A stretch of DNA of 32,000 bases from NCBI RefSeq assembly GCF_000195855.1, contig NC_002677.1:2550001-2582000 (forward strand). The letters are read 5' to 3'. Within the stretch, counting starts at the first letter, position 1. Each line of letters opens with the position of its first letter. This stretch comes from Mycobacterium leprae TN. Lineage in GTDB: Bacteria > Actinomycetota > Actinomycetes > Mycobacteriales > Mycobacteriaceae. A program made the translations under genes and the position numbers. The notes under the pieces were generated by a model. It had not been told where the DNA came from, did no database searches, and was given only the letters and a program-made list of their open reading frames with translations. Positions 19,161 to 31,029 of this stretch are shown here, piece after piece.

Positions 19161-21305
19161 CTATAGCAGCGACTCCGGCGGCAGAAAGCGATCGCCGTAC
19201 TTGGCCACCAGCTCACGGGCTCGGGACACGAAGGCCTGCTGGCCGGTACCGGCCGGGCCAGAGTAGCCGGCGATAAACTGCGCGCTGCCACCGGTCCACG
19301 GCGGGAAACCGATACCCATGATGGACCCGATATTGGCGTCGGCAGTGGACGTCAGCACGTTCTCATCGAGGCACTTCTGAGTTTCCAGCGCCTCGGCGAA
19401 CAGCATCCGGTCGATCATGTCCTGCAACGGCGGCTGCGACGAGCCCGACTTGAACGTCTCCCGCAGACCGAGCCACAACCCGGACCGCTTGCCGTCAACG
19501 TACTCGTAAAAGCCGGCACCCTTCAAGCGCCCGGACCGGCCGAGCTTAATCATCTTCTCCACCACGGTTTCTGCCGGGTGCGACTCATACATGCCGCCGG
19601 CATCCTCGACACCCTTGCGGGTAGCGATCGCGATCTTGTGCATGAGCTCCAGATTCAGCTCGTCGGACAACTGCAGCGGCGGCGCCGGGTAGCCAGCCTG
19701 CGCACCTGCCTGTTCAATGCTGGATGGTTCCACCCCCTCACCGAGCATCGCCAGCGCCTCGTTGACAAAAGTGCCGATCACCCGCGAAGTGAAGAAGCCG
19801 CGGCTGTCGTTGACCACAATCGGGGTCTTGCCAATAGCCAGGGCGTAGTCGAACACCCGGGCCAGTGCCTCGTCCGAGGTCTTCTCGCCCTTGATGATTT
19901 CGACCAGCGGCATCTTGTCGACCGGAGAGAAGAAGTGGATCCCGATAAAGTCCTCCTGCCGCTTGACGCCGGTCGCCAGACCGGTAATCGGCAACGTCGA
20001 GGTGTTCGACCCGAGTACCGCATTGGGGTCGACGATGTCTTCGATCTCCTGGAACACCTTGTGCTTGAGTTCCTGGTTCTCGAAGACGGCTTCGATCACG
20101 AAGTCAACGCCCTTGAGATCAGTAGGGTCGCCTGTCGGGGCGATGCACGCCAGCAGAACGTCGCTCTTCTCCTGCGTAGTGCGGCCCCGCTCTAGCGCCT
20201 TGGCTTCCAGCTTCTCCGAGTAGCTCTTGCCCTTCTGCGCGGCCTCAAGACTCACATCCTTAAGCACCACGTTGTAGCCCGCCTTGGCCGAGACGTAGGC
20301 TATACCGGCGCCCATCATACCCGCACCCAGCACACCGATCTTCTTGATCGGGGTTTTACCAATGCCGTCGGGTCGAGACCCACCGGAATTGATGTGCTGC
20401 AGATCTAAGAAAAACGCTTGGATCATGTTCTTGGCGACCTGGCCGGTGACCAGCGAAACGAAGTAGCGGCTCTCAATACGGCTGGCGGTGTCGAAGTCGA
20501 CCTGCGCGCCCTCGACCGCGGCGGCCAAGATGGCCCTCGGGGCCGGCATCGGCGCGCCCTTGAGCTGCTTGCGTAACAGCGACGGGAATGACGGCAGAAT
20601 GGCCGCCAACCCTGGCGAGGTCGGAGTACCACCGGGCATCTCGTAGCTCTTCTTGTCCCACGGCTGCTCGTGCGCTTCCGGGTTGGCCTTGATCCACGCC
20701 TTAGCCGCGGGCACCAGCTCCTCGACTGTTGACAACAGCTCGTCGACCAGCCCGATCTCCTTAGCCTTGGCAGGCTTAAAGCGGGTGCCCTGTGACAGAA
20801 TGTTGACGAACGCGTTCTGGATGCCAAACATCCGCACCGTGCGGGTCACCCCACCGCCGCCGGGCAACAGCCCCAGCGTCACTTCAGGCAAGCCGAGCTG
20901 ACTGCCCTTGACGTCGGCAGCGATCCGGTGATGACATGCGAGCGCGATCTCCAGACCGCCGCCCAGCGCGGCACCGTTGATGGCGGCAACGACCGGCTTG
21001 CCCAGCGTTTCCAGGGTGCGCAATTGTTTCTTGACCGTCTCGACAGTGTCGAAGCATTGCCCGGCCTCTTCTGATCCAGTATTGATCATCGCGGTGAGGT
21101 CACCGCCGGCAAAGAAAGTCCTTTTAGCGCTGGTTATAACCACACCGGTAATCGAATCTTTTTCCGCAACAATGCGATCCACCGCATTGCCCATCGATTC
21201 GATGTAAATCTCGTTCATAACGTTGGCCGACCTGGACGGGTCGTTCATTGTCAGCGTGACAATACCGTCGGCGTCCTTACTCCACTGAATTGCAGTGTCT
21301 GCCAT
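19161..21305 (-). CDS. fadB: Fatty-acid beta-oxidation multifunctional enzyme (enoyl-CoA hydratase / 3-hydroxyacyl-CoA dehydrogenase), 714 aa
   Basis: ATG at 21305 (MADTAIQWSKDADGIVTLTMNDP). GAALGGGLEIALACHHRIAAD (crotonase), GVLGAGMMGAGIAYVSAKAGYNVVLKD (NAD-binding), HFFSPVDKMPLVEII. Confidence 0.97.
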   Translation of the reverse strand: MADTAIQWSKDADGIVTLTMNDPSRSANVMNEIYIESMGNAVDRIVAEKDSITGVVITSAKRTFFAGGDLTAMINTGSEEAGQCFDTVETVKKQLRTLETLGKPVVAAINGAALGGGLEIALACHHRIAADVKGSQLGLPEVTLGLLPGGGGVTRTVRMFGIQNAFVNILSQGTRFKPAKAKEIGLVDELLSTVEELVPAAKAWIKANPEAHEQPWDKKSYEMPGGTPTSPGLAAILPSFPSLLRKQLKGAPMPAPRAILAAAVEGAQVDFDTASRIESRYFVSLVTGQVAKNMIQAFFLDLQHINSGGSRPDGIGKTPIKKIGVLGAGMMGAGIAYVSAKAGYNVVLKDVSLEAAQKGKSYSEKLEAKALERGRTTQEKSDVLLACIAPTGDPTDLKGVDFVIEAVFENQELKHKVFQEIEDIVDPNAVLGSNTSTLPITGLATGVKRQEDFIGIHFFSPVDKMPLVEIIKGEKTSDEALARVFDYALAIGKTPIVVNDSRGFFTSRVIGTFVNEALAMLGEGVEPSSIEQAGAQAGYPAPPLQLSDELNLELMHKIAIATRKGVEDAGGMYESHPAETVVEKMIKLGRSGRLKGAGFYEYVDGKRSGLWLGLRETFKSGSSQPPLQDMIDRMLFAEALETQKCLDENVLTSTADANIGSIMGIGFPPWTGGSAQFIAGYSGPAGTGQQAFVSRARELVAKYGDRFLPPESLL

Positions 21306-21309
21306 GCTA

Positions 21310-22521
21310 TTAAACCCTCTCGATGATGGTGGCAACACCCATGCCGGCGCCGATACATAGCGTGACGAGCGCACGCCGCGCGTTGCAGCGCTCCAGTTCG
21401 TCGACCATGGTCCCGAGGATCATCGCGCCGGTGGCACCCAGCGGGTGACCCATCGCGATAGCACCGCCGTTGACGTTGAGCTTCTCGTCCGGAATGTTCA
21501 GGTCTTTCTGGAATTTCAGAACCACCGACGCAAACGCCTCGTTTAACTCGAACAGGTCGATGTCATCAACAGTCAACCCGGCGCGGTCGAGCACCTTGCG
21601 GGTGGCGGGGGTGGGGCCGGTCAGCATGATGACCGGGTCGGCCCCACTGGTAGCGGTGGCTACCATGCGCGCCCGCGGAGTCAGGCCCTGGGACTTGCCA
21701 ACAGCTTCGCTGCCAATCATCACCAGTGCCGCGCCGTCGACGATGCCGGAGCTGTTACCTCCGGTGTGAACGTGGTTGATCTTCTCCACCCAGTGATATT
21801 TCTGCAGGGCCACGTCGTCGAAACCACCCATCGCGGCAAGACCCTCGAAGGCGGGCTTCAGCTTGGCCAGGCCCTCCTTGGAGGTGTCGGGCCGCATGTG
21901 CTCGTCGTGATCGAGGATCAACAGACCATTCTGGTCGCGCACCGGAACCACCGACTTGGCGAAGTAGCCGCCCGACCACGCGGCCGCGGCCTTCTCCTGG
22001 CTGCGCAACGCATAGACGTCGACGTCATCACGCGAGAAGCCCTCGATGGTGGCGATCAGGTCGGCACCAATGCCCTGCGGGACGAACATGACGTCGTAGT
22101 TAGTCGCCGGGTCCAAGCCCATCGCGCCGCCATCGGATCCCATCGGCACCCGGCTCATCGACTCCACACCGCCAGCCAGAACCAGGTCATCCCAGCCAGA
22201 GCGCACCTTCTGCGCGGCGGTGTTAACGGCTTCAAGCCCCGATGCGCAGAACCGGTTGAGCTGCACCCCGCCTGCGGTGACAGGCAGGCCAGCGGCCAGC
22301 ACCGTGGCGCGGGCAATGTCACCGCCCTGATCGCCCACCGGTGAGACGCATCCCAAGATGACGTCGCTGATCAGGTTCTCATCGAGATCGGGGTTTCGCT
22401 TACGCAATTCCTCGACTAGCCCAACGACCAGGCTTACCGGCTTGACCTCGTGCAACGATCCGTTCTTCTGCTTACCGCGAGGGGTGCGGATGGCCTCATA
22501 GATGAAAGCTTCTTCGGACAT
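21310..22521 (-). CDS. fadA: Acetyl-CoA acyltransferase / thiolase (403 aa)
   Basis: [43 protein letters not shown] (active Cys), [27 protein letters not shown]. Only 4 nt before the fadB start, so likely co-transcribed. Confidence 0.97.
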   Translation of the reverse strand: MSEEAFIYEAIRTPRGKQKNGSLHEVKPVSLVVGLVEELRKRNPDLDENLISDVILGCVSPVGDQGGDIARATVLAAGLPVTAGGVQLNRFCASGLEAVNTAAQKVRSGWDDLVLAGGVESMSRVPMGSDGGAMGLDPATNYDVMFVPQGIGADLIATIEGFSRDDVDVYALRSQEKAAAAWSGGYFAKSVVPVRDQNGLLILDHDEHMRPDTSKEGLAKLKPAFEGLAAMGGFDDVALQKYHWVEKINHVHTGGNSSGIVDGAALVMIGSEAVGKSQGLTPRARMVATATSGADPVIMLTGPTPATRKVLDRAGLTVDDIDLFELNEAFASVVLKFQKDLNIPDEKLNVNGGAIAMGHPLGATGAMILGTMVDELERCNARRALVTLCIGAGMGVATIIERV

Positions 22522-22740
22522 GTCGGCTTCCTGTTCGCAAAAAAATTTAATTTACTATTGATGTGGGCGGTTAGATTCCGTCTTAAAGACTAGGAACTAG
22601 TACAGTACAGGCACACTAACAGTAGGGTTCGGCCAACCTGTTGGTTGGGCAAGGTTGCGCTGGTCAGCGACCGAACGTGGCACTACGGTCGTGCTGGCAG
22701 CGACACTCCATAAAGCTCAATTGCCATAACAGTGACGCGA

Positions 22741-23890
22741 CTACGCCCCTAAGCAACCACGGTGTTCGCTGAAATGTCAGCTCTAGCTGCACGCATCGGC
22801 GCAGTGAACCTCGGGCACGACTTCCCAACGAGGACGGACCGCCAGCGATGCTGAGGGCCGCGTAAGACGCCATCACCGACGAAGTCAATTAAATACCCAC
22901 CGGGGATAGGCATCGCTGGGCTGCGGCAGGCCATCACCGCGCAATGCCAGCAGCATTTTGGCGTCGAGTACGATCCCAGACACCTAAGGTTCTTACAACG
23001 GTTGGAGCCACCGAGGCTATCGGAGGGGCGGTGATCGGCCTGATCGAACCCGGATCGCTAAAGTAATTCTACTCGAGCCGTTCTACGACAGCGGTAGCGA
23101 TGGCTGCCGCTAATCGGGTAGCCATACCACATGGTACCCGGTGGCTGCGGCTTTGCGCTGGATGCCGACGCATTTCGACAGGCGCTGACACCTCGGACCC
23201 GCACGTTGATTGTAAACTCACCATACAACCCCCACCGGCGCGGTGCTGAGCGCGACCGAATTAGCCGAGATAGCGGAGCTAGCCGTGGCGGCAGACCTGT
23301 TGGTCATTACCGATGAAGTTTATGAGCACCTGGTGTTCGAAAAACGAAAACACTTGCAGCTGGTTGGCTTTGACGGCATGGTCGAAAGCACAATCACCAT
23401 TTCCAGCGCGGCTAAGATGTTCAACTGCACCGGCTGGAAGATCGGGTGGCCTGCGGAACAACAGATCTCATCGCCGGGGAGCTATCGGCAAAACAGTACC
23501 TGAGCTACGTCGGCGGCGCGCCGTTTCAGCCAGCGGTAACCTTGGCGTTGGACACCGAAGACGCCTAGGTGACCAGGCCTCGGAGTTCGTTGCAAGACAG
23601 ACACGATCGGCTGTCGTCGGTGCCGACCGAGATTGGCTTCAAATTGTACAACAGCTACGGCACGTACTTCCTCTGCGCCGACCCGCGTCCGCTAGGTTAC
23701 GACGACAGCGCGGCGTTCTGCTCGGCCCTGCTGGAAAAGGCTGGAATGGACGCCATCTCAAATGTCGGCATTCTGCGATCCGGCAGCCGAGCACACCTCA
23801 AAACAAGCCGACGTGTGGAATCACCTGGTGCACTTTATCTTCTGCAAACGCGACGACACTCTCGATTAGGCAATCAGGCGACTCTCCGTG
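22741..23890 (+). pseudogene. dapC: Aminotransferase pseudogene (class I/II PLP, DapC/Rv0858c-like)
   Basis: LPNEDGPPAMLRAA; VPGGCGFALDADAFRQALTPRTRTLIVNSPYNP; ELAEIAELAVAADLLVITDEVYEHLVFE; ISSAAKMFNCTGWKIGW; FKLYNSYGTYFLCADPRPLGYDDSAAFCSALLEKAG, spread over frames. Confidence 0.88.
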
Positions 23891-23899
23891 CTTAAGAAC

Positions 23900-24300
23900 G
23901 GATACACTACTTATAGATCCGTCCGCACTCATGACGAAGTTCCACAGGACTTCCGTTGCGGCTTTAAATACTTTAAACTCAAGACCTCGCTTAAGCAGAA
24001 ACTCCGGCAGCGGCGCTGACGGCTCTATGGTGATGGCGAAACACACCCACATCTTGTCCCCACCCACCTATCGCAGGGTGTACGCGACGCGCTGGCCACG
24101 CTGGTATTTTAAAGTCTTGTAGGCATCCCACACCACCCAGTAGAATTCGGCCAGTGTCCGATTCGGCAATCCCGACCACTTCGACCGCAACCTTGACATG
24201 ATGCAGCCACCCACCGGGATTTAGGTGTCGATGACTTCAGCATTCTTGTACACCAACGACCAAAACGGGCACTGACCCGATATCAGCTAACGCCTTTAGA
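23900..24300 (-). pseudogene. SRPBCC/polyketide cyclase-like protein pseudogene (Rv0856/Rv0857-like)
   Basis: IEPSAPLPEFLLKRGLEFKVFKAATEVLWNFVMSADG resembles the C-terminus of this mycobacterial family (VEPAAPLPEFLLRR...ATEGLRKxV). Preceding FYWVVWDAYKT. Confidence 0.55.
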
Positions 24301-24399
24301 ATCCCTTCCAGGTAAACATAAATGATGATTTCCCGCGGCGCTTGTAAAAGCCACTAACTTCTAGGCGAGCAACAGGGTCCTGCCCGCACAGGGCGAATG

Positions 24400-25475
24400 G
24401 GCAACGATTCTGTTACCAACCAATTACGACAATCAGTGTCACGGTGCCAGTCGGCGGGCAAACCGCGGAGCCGGCACAGCCTGGTCAAACCATGAGAGAT
24501 GATCACCGTCGACCGGGCTCTCAGATGGTCGTTGCTCGCGGCTTCACTTCACGTCAACATCGGTGTGACGCAAGCATCGGGACCAGAGAAAACCAGTGGT
24601 CCCTGGTCTTGGGTTCTGGTCTGACTGGGCGAACCGCTGCGCAAAGATCTCGCTCATCTGTTGATACGAAGCGTATGTCAAGCAGACTCGATGGCGCCGA
24701 CGGCCATAATATCTACAACCGGCGATCTCATAGCAACTAGAAAACGGGGCACTGCCGTAAAGCAGAAATTACTCGCGCCCGTCACGCAGAACGCAGGTCA
24801 ACTTCATGGCCCACATCATCTGGGGAAAAACGCTGACCCCGTCGACCATAGCGGCGTCGACGACTTACCCCCTCCCTACCGGAACATGCTGATTAATCTC
24901 ATTAATTAGAGTTTAAATATAACGCTACCACGATACCCAGCAACACCAGCATCGAGCCGCAGTCGAAGTCGACGACCAGGTTCAGCGGCAGCATCGGTGG
25001 CCGATCGCGGTATCTCAGCGCCAAAAGCGCACCGGTCGGCGCGAGGTAGTTGATGTCCGTGACCCGCCGTCGATACCAACGGTCCGTATTGTCCCCAACC
25101 TGTAATACGCCGCGAAGATCAGTCGGAGGTTAATCGCCGCGCACTCGCCGGGACCGATACCAAATCGCTCGCAGGTGCAGGCCGGAAACAATCCGGCAAT
25201 ACATCAGCCTTGGCTGCCAGCTCCAATAGCGCAATAGCGCCCGACGGCGTATTGACGTCCAGGTCGACAATCCGCTTTCCACGGTGCAGCAGATCGCGAT
25301 CTTCGGACGGCATCGTCAGTCCGCCGGGACGGCGCACCCGCACCACGTTAGCGCCGAGGTCAGCCAGCACCATCCCTGCATGCGACCCCGGTCCGATGCC
25401 AGTGAGTTCGATTACCTTGGCCCCGGCCAGGGGACTACCAAAGTTCACGGTGACTATTTGACCTCTCATCACCTG
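24400..25475 (-). pseudogene. far: Fatty acid-CoA racemase / CoA-transferase family III pseudogene (Far, Rv0855-like)
   Basis: SPLAGAKVIELTGIGPGSHAGMVLADLGANVVRVRRPGG...AKADVL, TGWGQYGPL, VVDAAMVDGVSVFPQMMWAMK, FSGPDACVTPMLT in several frames with stops. Confidence 0.85.
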
Positions 25476-25559
25476 CAGCACTCAACCTGCACACCGCTTC
25501 GATCGACTCGTTTACCACGCTTTTGAGCACAAAACCAGACAGACAATGGTACCACCGGG

Positions 25560-25915
25560 TTGACACTGATTCTCGAACTTGACCACAGTGCTATCACCCT
25601 TGAGAGACAACTTAATTAATTCTTAATTAATTCGCATTTTGCAAATGCTGCACCGAAGAGTTGACCAGCGTCCAGCTCATCACCGTTGTCACTTCAGGTG
25701 TATGGCACCACCTGTTAGTCGGTGACGCCCACGGCCTTGACTTTACATCTTAACTTTGCTGGTCTGCCCGTCTCGGGCACCCAGGCGCCCTGATACGCAG
25801 CTGACCACTTGGGTATCGTTTCGATAGCGACGATGACGTCGAGAACCTCTGCAGAACTTGACTTCGATTACGACGTCGCGGGATCCGTTGATTGCCGTGG
25901 CCCGCACGATAGCGA
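25560..25915 (-). pseudogene. SRPBCC-like protein pseudogene (Rv0854-like)
   Basis: AINGSRDVVIE...AEVLDVIVAIETIPKWSAAYQGAWVPETGRPAKLRCKVKAVGVTDQQVVPYT, resembling (M)AIKTSRDIVIEAPPEVIxxALADIDxxxxWSxxH, frame broken. Confidence 0.6.
25611..25632. repeat. 11-bp tandem duplication, AT-rich
   Basis: CTTAATTAATT CTTAATTAATT, 2 perfect copies containing two TTAATTAA palindromes. Confidence 0.95.
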
Positions 25916-25964
25916 ACCGGAGCCCGGCCTGGAGTAGTTCCTACCAAAGCGTACCGTCGTCTTC

Positions 25965-27674
25965 GTGACCGCCCCCAAGATTGAAGCCGTCTATACCGTC
26001 GGCGCCTACCTGCTTGACCGCCTCGCTGAACTCGGTGTCACAGAGATCTTCGGCGTACCCGGCGATTACACCCTGGAATTTCTCGACCATATCGTTGCCC
26101 ATCCGACCATCAGATGGGTGGGCAACGCAAACGAACTGAACGCCGGATACGCTGCAGATGGGTATGGACGTTTACGCGGAATATCCGCTTTAGTGACGAC
26201 ATTCGGAGTTGGCGAACTCTCGGCAGCCAACGCGATAGCGGGTAGCTACGCTGAGCATGTGCCCGTCGTTCACATTGTCGGCGCCCCCCCTAAAGACGCG
26301 CAAAGCACCCACCGAGCGCTACACCACTCGCTAGGCGATGGGGACTTCGAGCACTTCATCCGGATTAGCAGCGAAATAACTTGCTCCCAAGCTAATCTCA
26401 CAACAGCTACAGCATGCAAGGAGATTGATCGGGTACTCAGCGAAGTGCGGAAGCACAAACGTCCCGGATACATACTACTGTCCACCGACGTAGCTCGCTT
26501 CCCTACCGAACCACCCGCCGCCCCATTGCCGGGCCATACCGACGGCACCAGCCCGCGTGCGCTGTCGCTGTTCATCGATGCCGCCACCAAACTCATTGCC
26601 GATAAGCGGATGACGGTGCTGGCGGACTTGCTGGTCCATCGGTTGCAAGTGGTCAAAGAGCTCGAGACGTTGCTGACGGCCGACGTGGTGCCGTACGCCA
26701 CGTTAATGTGGGGCAAAAGTCTGCTCGACGAGAGCTCACCTAACTTCCTGGGGATCTATGCCGGGGCTGCTAGCACCGAAGCGGTCCGCGCGGCGATTGA
26801 GCAGGCACCTGTGCTGGTGACCGCCGGGGTGGTTTTTACCGACATGGTCAGTGGTTTCTTCAGCCAGCGGATCGACCCAGCCCGGACCATCGACGTCGGG
26901 CAGTACCAGAGCAGTGTGGCCGATAAGGTCTTCACTCCACTGGAAATGGGTGACGCGCTTGAGGCATTAGCGTCAATCCTGGTGCGCCGCGGTGTCAGCT
27001 CGCCACCAGTGGAATTACCTCCTGGCAACCCAACTGCGGACACACCATCACCCACTCAACGGCTGACCCAACAGATCTTGTGGGACAGGCTCTGTGCAGC
27101 GCTCACACCGGGAAACGTGGTACTAGCCGATCAGGGAACCGCGTTCTATGGCATGGTGGAACACCGGTTGCCGCGAGGAGTGACTTTCATCGGTCAACCC
27201 CTTTGGGGTTCAATCGGTTACACGCTGCCTGCAGCACTCGGTGCGGGGTTAGCGCATCGCAACCGCAGGACGGTGTTGCTGCTCGGCGACGGCGCCGCGC
27301 AACTGACGATCCAGGAGCTCGGCTCCTTCTACCGCGAGGGGTTGTCACCGGTCATTGTGGTAGTCAACAACGACGGCTATACAATCGAACGGGCGATACA
27401 TGGAGCAACAGCTCCCTACAATAACATTGCCAGATGGCGTTGGACCGACATCCCCGGTGCGCTGGGGGTAGCCAATCATTCGTCCTTCCGTGCAGAAACC
27501 TACGGTGAGCTCGACGAGGCCTTCGCCGTCGCCGCCGAGCTTAAGGATCAGATGGTTTTCGTCGAAGTCATCGTGCCTAAACTAGATCTTCCAAGCCTAT
27601 TGACTGCATTGACCCGGCCAGCGCAGGACAGCAATCGGATTTTTCAGTTGCCCAACCCAGGATGGGACAACTGA
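25965..27674 (+). CDS. kdc: Thiamine diphosphate-dependent alpha-keto-acid decarboxylase (569 aa)
   Basis: [32 protein letters not shown]; [40 protein letters not shown] (ThDP motif GDG...NN). Confidence 0.95.
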   Translation: MTAPKIEAVYTVGAYLLDRLAELGVTEIFGVPGDYTLEFLDHIVAHPTIRWVGNANELNAGYAADGYGRLRGISALVTTFGVGELSAANAIAGSYAEHVPVVHIVGAPPKDAQSTHRALHHSLGDGDFEHFIRISSEITCSQANLTTATACKEIDRVLSEVRKHKRPGYILLSTDVARFPTEPPAAPLPGHTDGTSPRALSLFIDAATKLIADKRMTVLADLLVHRLQVVKELETLLTADVVPYATLMWGKSLLDESSPNFLGIYAGAASTEAVRAAIEQAPVLVTAGVVFTDMVSGFFSQRIDPARTIDVGQYQSSVADKVFTPLEMGDALEALASILVRRGVSSPPVELPPGNPTADTPSPTQRLTQQILWDRLCAALTPGNVVLADQGTAFYGMVEHRLPRGVTFIGQPLWGSIGYTLPAALGAGLAHRNRRTVLLLGDGAAQLTIQELGSFYREGLSPVIVVVNNDGYTIERAIHGATAPYNNIARWRWTDIPGALGVANHSSFRAETYGELDEAFAVAAELKDQMVFVEVIVPKLDLPSLLTALTRPAQDSNRIFQLPNPGWDN

Positions 27675-28189
27675 AACAGGCTTGGTTACATAGGTAGATA
27701 AACATCGAGTGATCCGCTTACTCTGCCGCCTCGATGCGAATCATGTCGAACAACCGAACAACGAACAGCGGGGATAGGAGCCCACTCCCACTCTAGATAA
27801 CTATTGTGCCACAACGTAGGGATGATCGATCCAGTGCCGGAACCCATATTCGTCAAAAAACTCATGCAAGATCAAGACTGCGTGTTCATCATCTAAATCC
27901 TAGAAAATCCAAGTCTTTCAGATACCGGGCTCGGTGAAAATATCCACCATACAGCTAACCTCCACGGTCATGGTCGAAACGTCATCGACAGATGCGATCG
28001 CAGTCATCACCCCGGGCACAGCGGTAACTAATCCAGACATCGGAATCGCCGCGACGAACCCGTCGATGATCTAACCGACGAAAACGTCCAGTATGTCGTC
28101 AATGGCAGTAGCATCGAACAAGTCGAACGAGTGCGCTGCAGCAACAGCCACACCCGAGTGAGATCGGGCATGCGATCATCAGAGCAATC

Positions 28190-29669
28190 ACCATCGCGTA
28201 CATGTCTCCGATGATCACCGAAGCTGTCTTCCATCACATTTCGGCAACATTAAGTGGCAGCTCTTCGAGAAATTCGATGGATATCAGCTTTGCACAACGC
28301 TATCCGCTTTCGGAACCACACAACCAAATCAGCCTCGGACAAAGGTTGGAGGGTTTCGGCACAACCAAATTCTTACCTACCTGACCTAGTCGCTCGTAGG
28401 TGATTCCGATTACTGCGGCTTGTGCTAACTCCGGGTGTTCGAGCACCCTCGATCTCCGCTAAGTACGCGTTGAAGCCGTCTAGGATGAACATGCCCTTCT
28501 TACTCCCGTTAATCCTTATCCGCTACTGTCAAATCCAAGCTGACCAGATCGTCGGTATAGCAACTAACCCTCGTCATAAATCGCCTCCACGGTGGCAAAC
28601 AGAGTCATCGAGATAACCCTGCATGACTCTGCACCCACGGATCAAAGCCTCTCCATCGTCGGCGATGTGTACCTCGAGCCCATCGCACGGCGTACCGGCG
28701 ATTGTCGCGATATCTTCGAAGGAATCCCTGCGTCGTTACCGTTGCCGCTTTGGTGAGGACCTAGCCGGTCATGATAGGCTGGAAAAGCAATTCGTTATGT
28801 ACCCGTCAGATGAGTTGCATGAAGATGTCAGCCGACCGATCATCGCTGCCCGCAACGACGACAGGTCGTAATTGACCGAGGCAAGCAGCAGCGAATGATT
28901 AGAGCGTCAACCGTCCAGGAAGCCTGGTAACTCATTCACGCTCAAGCAGCTCCAGCATACGATTCAGCCAGAATACGGAAACCAGAATGACGTTGTTTCC
29001 CAAGATCATTAAAGAAATATAGCACACCTTGGTGCGGAAGAACGAGTTGACGATCAGTGTAGTGGTTATCTTCACCGAAGGGTCGGCGAAGTCGCACCAA
29101 ATCAGCGTAGGGCCATAGGTTCTGCAAGTATTTCATCATCACGCTTTTGGTCCGTTAGGTGGTGCCCGAGGGGTAGATCACATCCGTGATATCGGTGCCG
29201 CTGATCGGTCACTCGAACGACGAACCACTGGCCAGAAATTTCGACTCGACATCGATCGCGACCATATCGGTGTGATCAGCGCAATCCTTTCTCAAGAAGA
29301 TTTTTTCAATCATAACCACTTTCTCTCCACTGCAACAGATGATGTCGATGGTTTCGGCGCTCTGAACCTGGTACTGACCGAAACCAACATTGCACCCGAG
29401 GTGAGCAAACCGAACTCCGCAATCATCCATCATCCATTAGGCGGAATTGGACGTCTAGATGGCTAGCTAATCACCTTGTCAATGCCGGATAACACGCAAG
29501 AACCTGCAGCACAGCGGATCCAGTCTACGAACTGAGTGAAGCTCAGAAGCAAGAAGCCGTAGACGACCATTTCTGCTTCACCGAAACAATCTTTCGCACT
29601 TAACATCATAGCGGGAATTGCAGTCCAATTTTGCGGGATCGGCTCACCGTAGTGGTCCGCGGTTGTCAT
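28190..29669 (-). pseudogene. Acyl-CoA synthetase (FadD3-like, AMP-binding) pseudogene
   Basis: N to C on the minus strand: IPAMMLSAKDCFGEAE; MIAEFGLLTSGAMLVSVSTRFRAPK; YPSGTTGRTKSVMM; LEVHIADDGEALIRGCRVMQ; TLFATVEAIYDEG; KKGMFILDGFNAYLAEIEG; LEHPELAQAAVIGITYERLGQ; GKEFG; FLEELPLNV. Motifs occur in the expected order but different frames. Confidence 0.8.
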
Positions 29670-29699
29670 ACCGAAATTAGTCGAGCCAGATGGCCGCTC

Positions 29700-30853
29700 A
29701 AGATCTTTGCCTGACCATCAACACGTCAAGTACTACACAGTGCATCCGCGTAATGCCCGGGGTTGCACGAGCCCATCCTGGAGCGGGAAATCCTAACTGT
29801 AGAGAACCCTACCCATCCCGATGAGACCGACCAGGACGCTGATACCGTCTTTAGTAGAATGTACTGATGTGGATTCGGTGCTTGACCTCTTCGACCGGGT
29901 CACCGCCGGGTAAACTTGCGGACGTTTTCTTGTAGATGTCAACCAGCTGACCCAGCAAGGGAAACAGTTACTTCGATACGAAATTTGATGACCGCGACCT
30001 TCAATCGTGGGGGAACAATACAACGCGCCGTAAATCCCTCAGGGCACCACAGTGTCCTGCATCGACCGCAACTTATTGAGCATGGCGAACGCATTCGTCT
30101 GGAACGGGAACATCTCCTTGTCGCCACCGTCCTCTTAGGTGTGTATCGAGCATAGCCACTATTCGACGAATGCATCGCCACCAGCACGTCATGGTCGACA
30201 CATAGCTGCCAAAACGGGCCGAACTCCGGCACCGCAAACGAACGCGGACCACAGTACCAGGTAACGGAGGACGGCCGCATCAGGATCGTCCGAGCAACGC
30301 GTCGCACCACCCTAGTCCAGCTCCTCAATTGCCTTCTCGGCAATCAGCAAGCTGGCCTACCAGGACGGTGAAAATGCGGTCATGGTAACTAAAACTCCAC
30401 ACCTCGTCGAGCCACTGGTTGAGCGCGTACACCACCACATGAATCAACGGCGGGTCATCATGCACTCGCTCTTCAACCAGACTGACCAGAGTCGAGCACA
30501 TCGATTAGCGGTCGACATCTAGATCATTCATCAGCTCTAGCCAGGGATCGGTCTCGTGAAAGGCCGGGAACAAACATCCGCTCGCCAAATAGCTGCTGGC
30601 AGTTTTTGCCTTTCAGATTGCCATTTTTGAAGTACTCCTACATAGCCTCGAGACAGGCAACCACCTCGAACGTGGGATTACGAATGTAGTCACCGATGTG
30701 GCCGCAAATCCCGATATTGGTTCGACCATTGACCTGTATGTACTGGATCGCGTCGCGGTGATGCTTCACCAGTTACTTGGTTAGCGAATCCTCCATCTCG
30801 TAGAAGTGATCTTTGGCGTCAAACAGCGGATAGATCGAGTCAGCTGCTGACAT
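29700..30853 (-). pseudogene. Amidohydrolase (amidohydrolase_2/TIM-barrel) family pseudogene
   Basis: MSAADSIYPLFDAKDHFYEMEDSLTK*LVKHHRDAIQYIQVNGRTNIGICGHIGDYIRNPTFEVV; EFGPFWQLCVDHDVLVAMHSSNSGYARYT; STKDGISVLVGLIGMGRVLY, resembling metal-dependent amidohydrolases (FWxxxxxxxIPVxxHSSxSGY; DRVLFGSDWPH). Confidence 0.7.
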
Positions 30854-31029
30854 AAGATCCTCCATTGCTATTTACGAAAAAATTTTTGTAAAAACGTATT
30901 GAAGTGAGCTGTCGCGCTGGGCTTAGGAACAGAGGCTAAACCTCTTGACTCTGGCTGACCGGAGATACATCTTGAGGATAACGTCCGGTGGGCGCAAAGC
31001 AGGAGTCAGGGAATCCGCAGGTGATATTA

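Noticed and set aside
19578-20195. 205-aa plus-strand ORF opposite fadB
   Set aside because: Shadow ORF of the conserved fadB coding sequence on the other strand; composition typical of antisense frames.
21766-22344. 192-aa plus-strand ORF opposite fadA
   Set aside because: Shadow ORF over the strongly supported thiolase gene.
23313-24122. 269-aa plus-strand ORF overlapping the aminotransferase relic
   Set aside because: Out of frame with the recognisable aminotransferase motifs (TDEVYEH..., KMFNCTGWK) and low in information; an incidental open frame.
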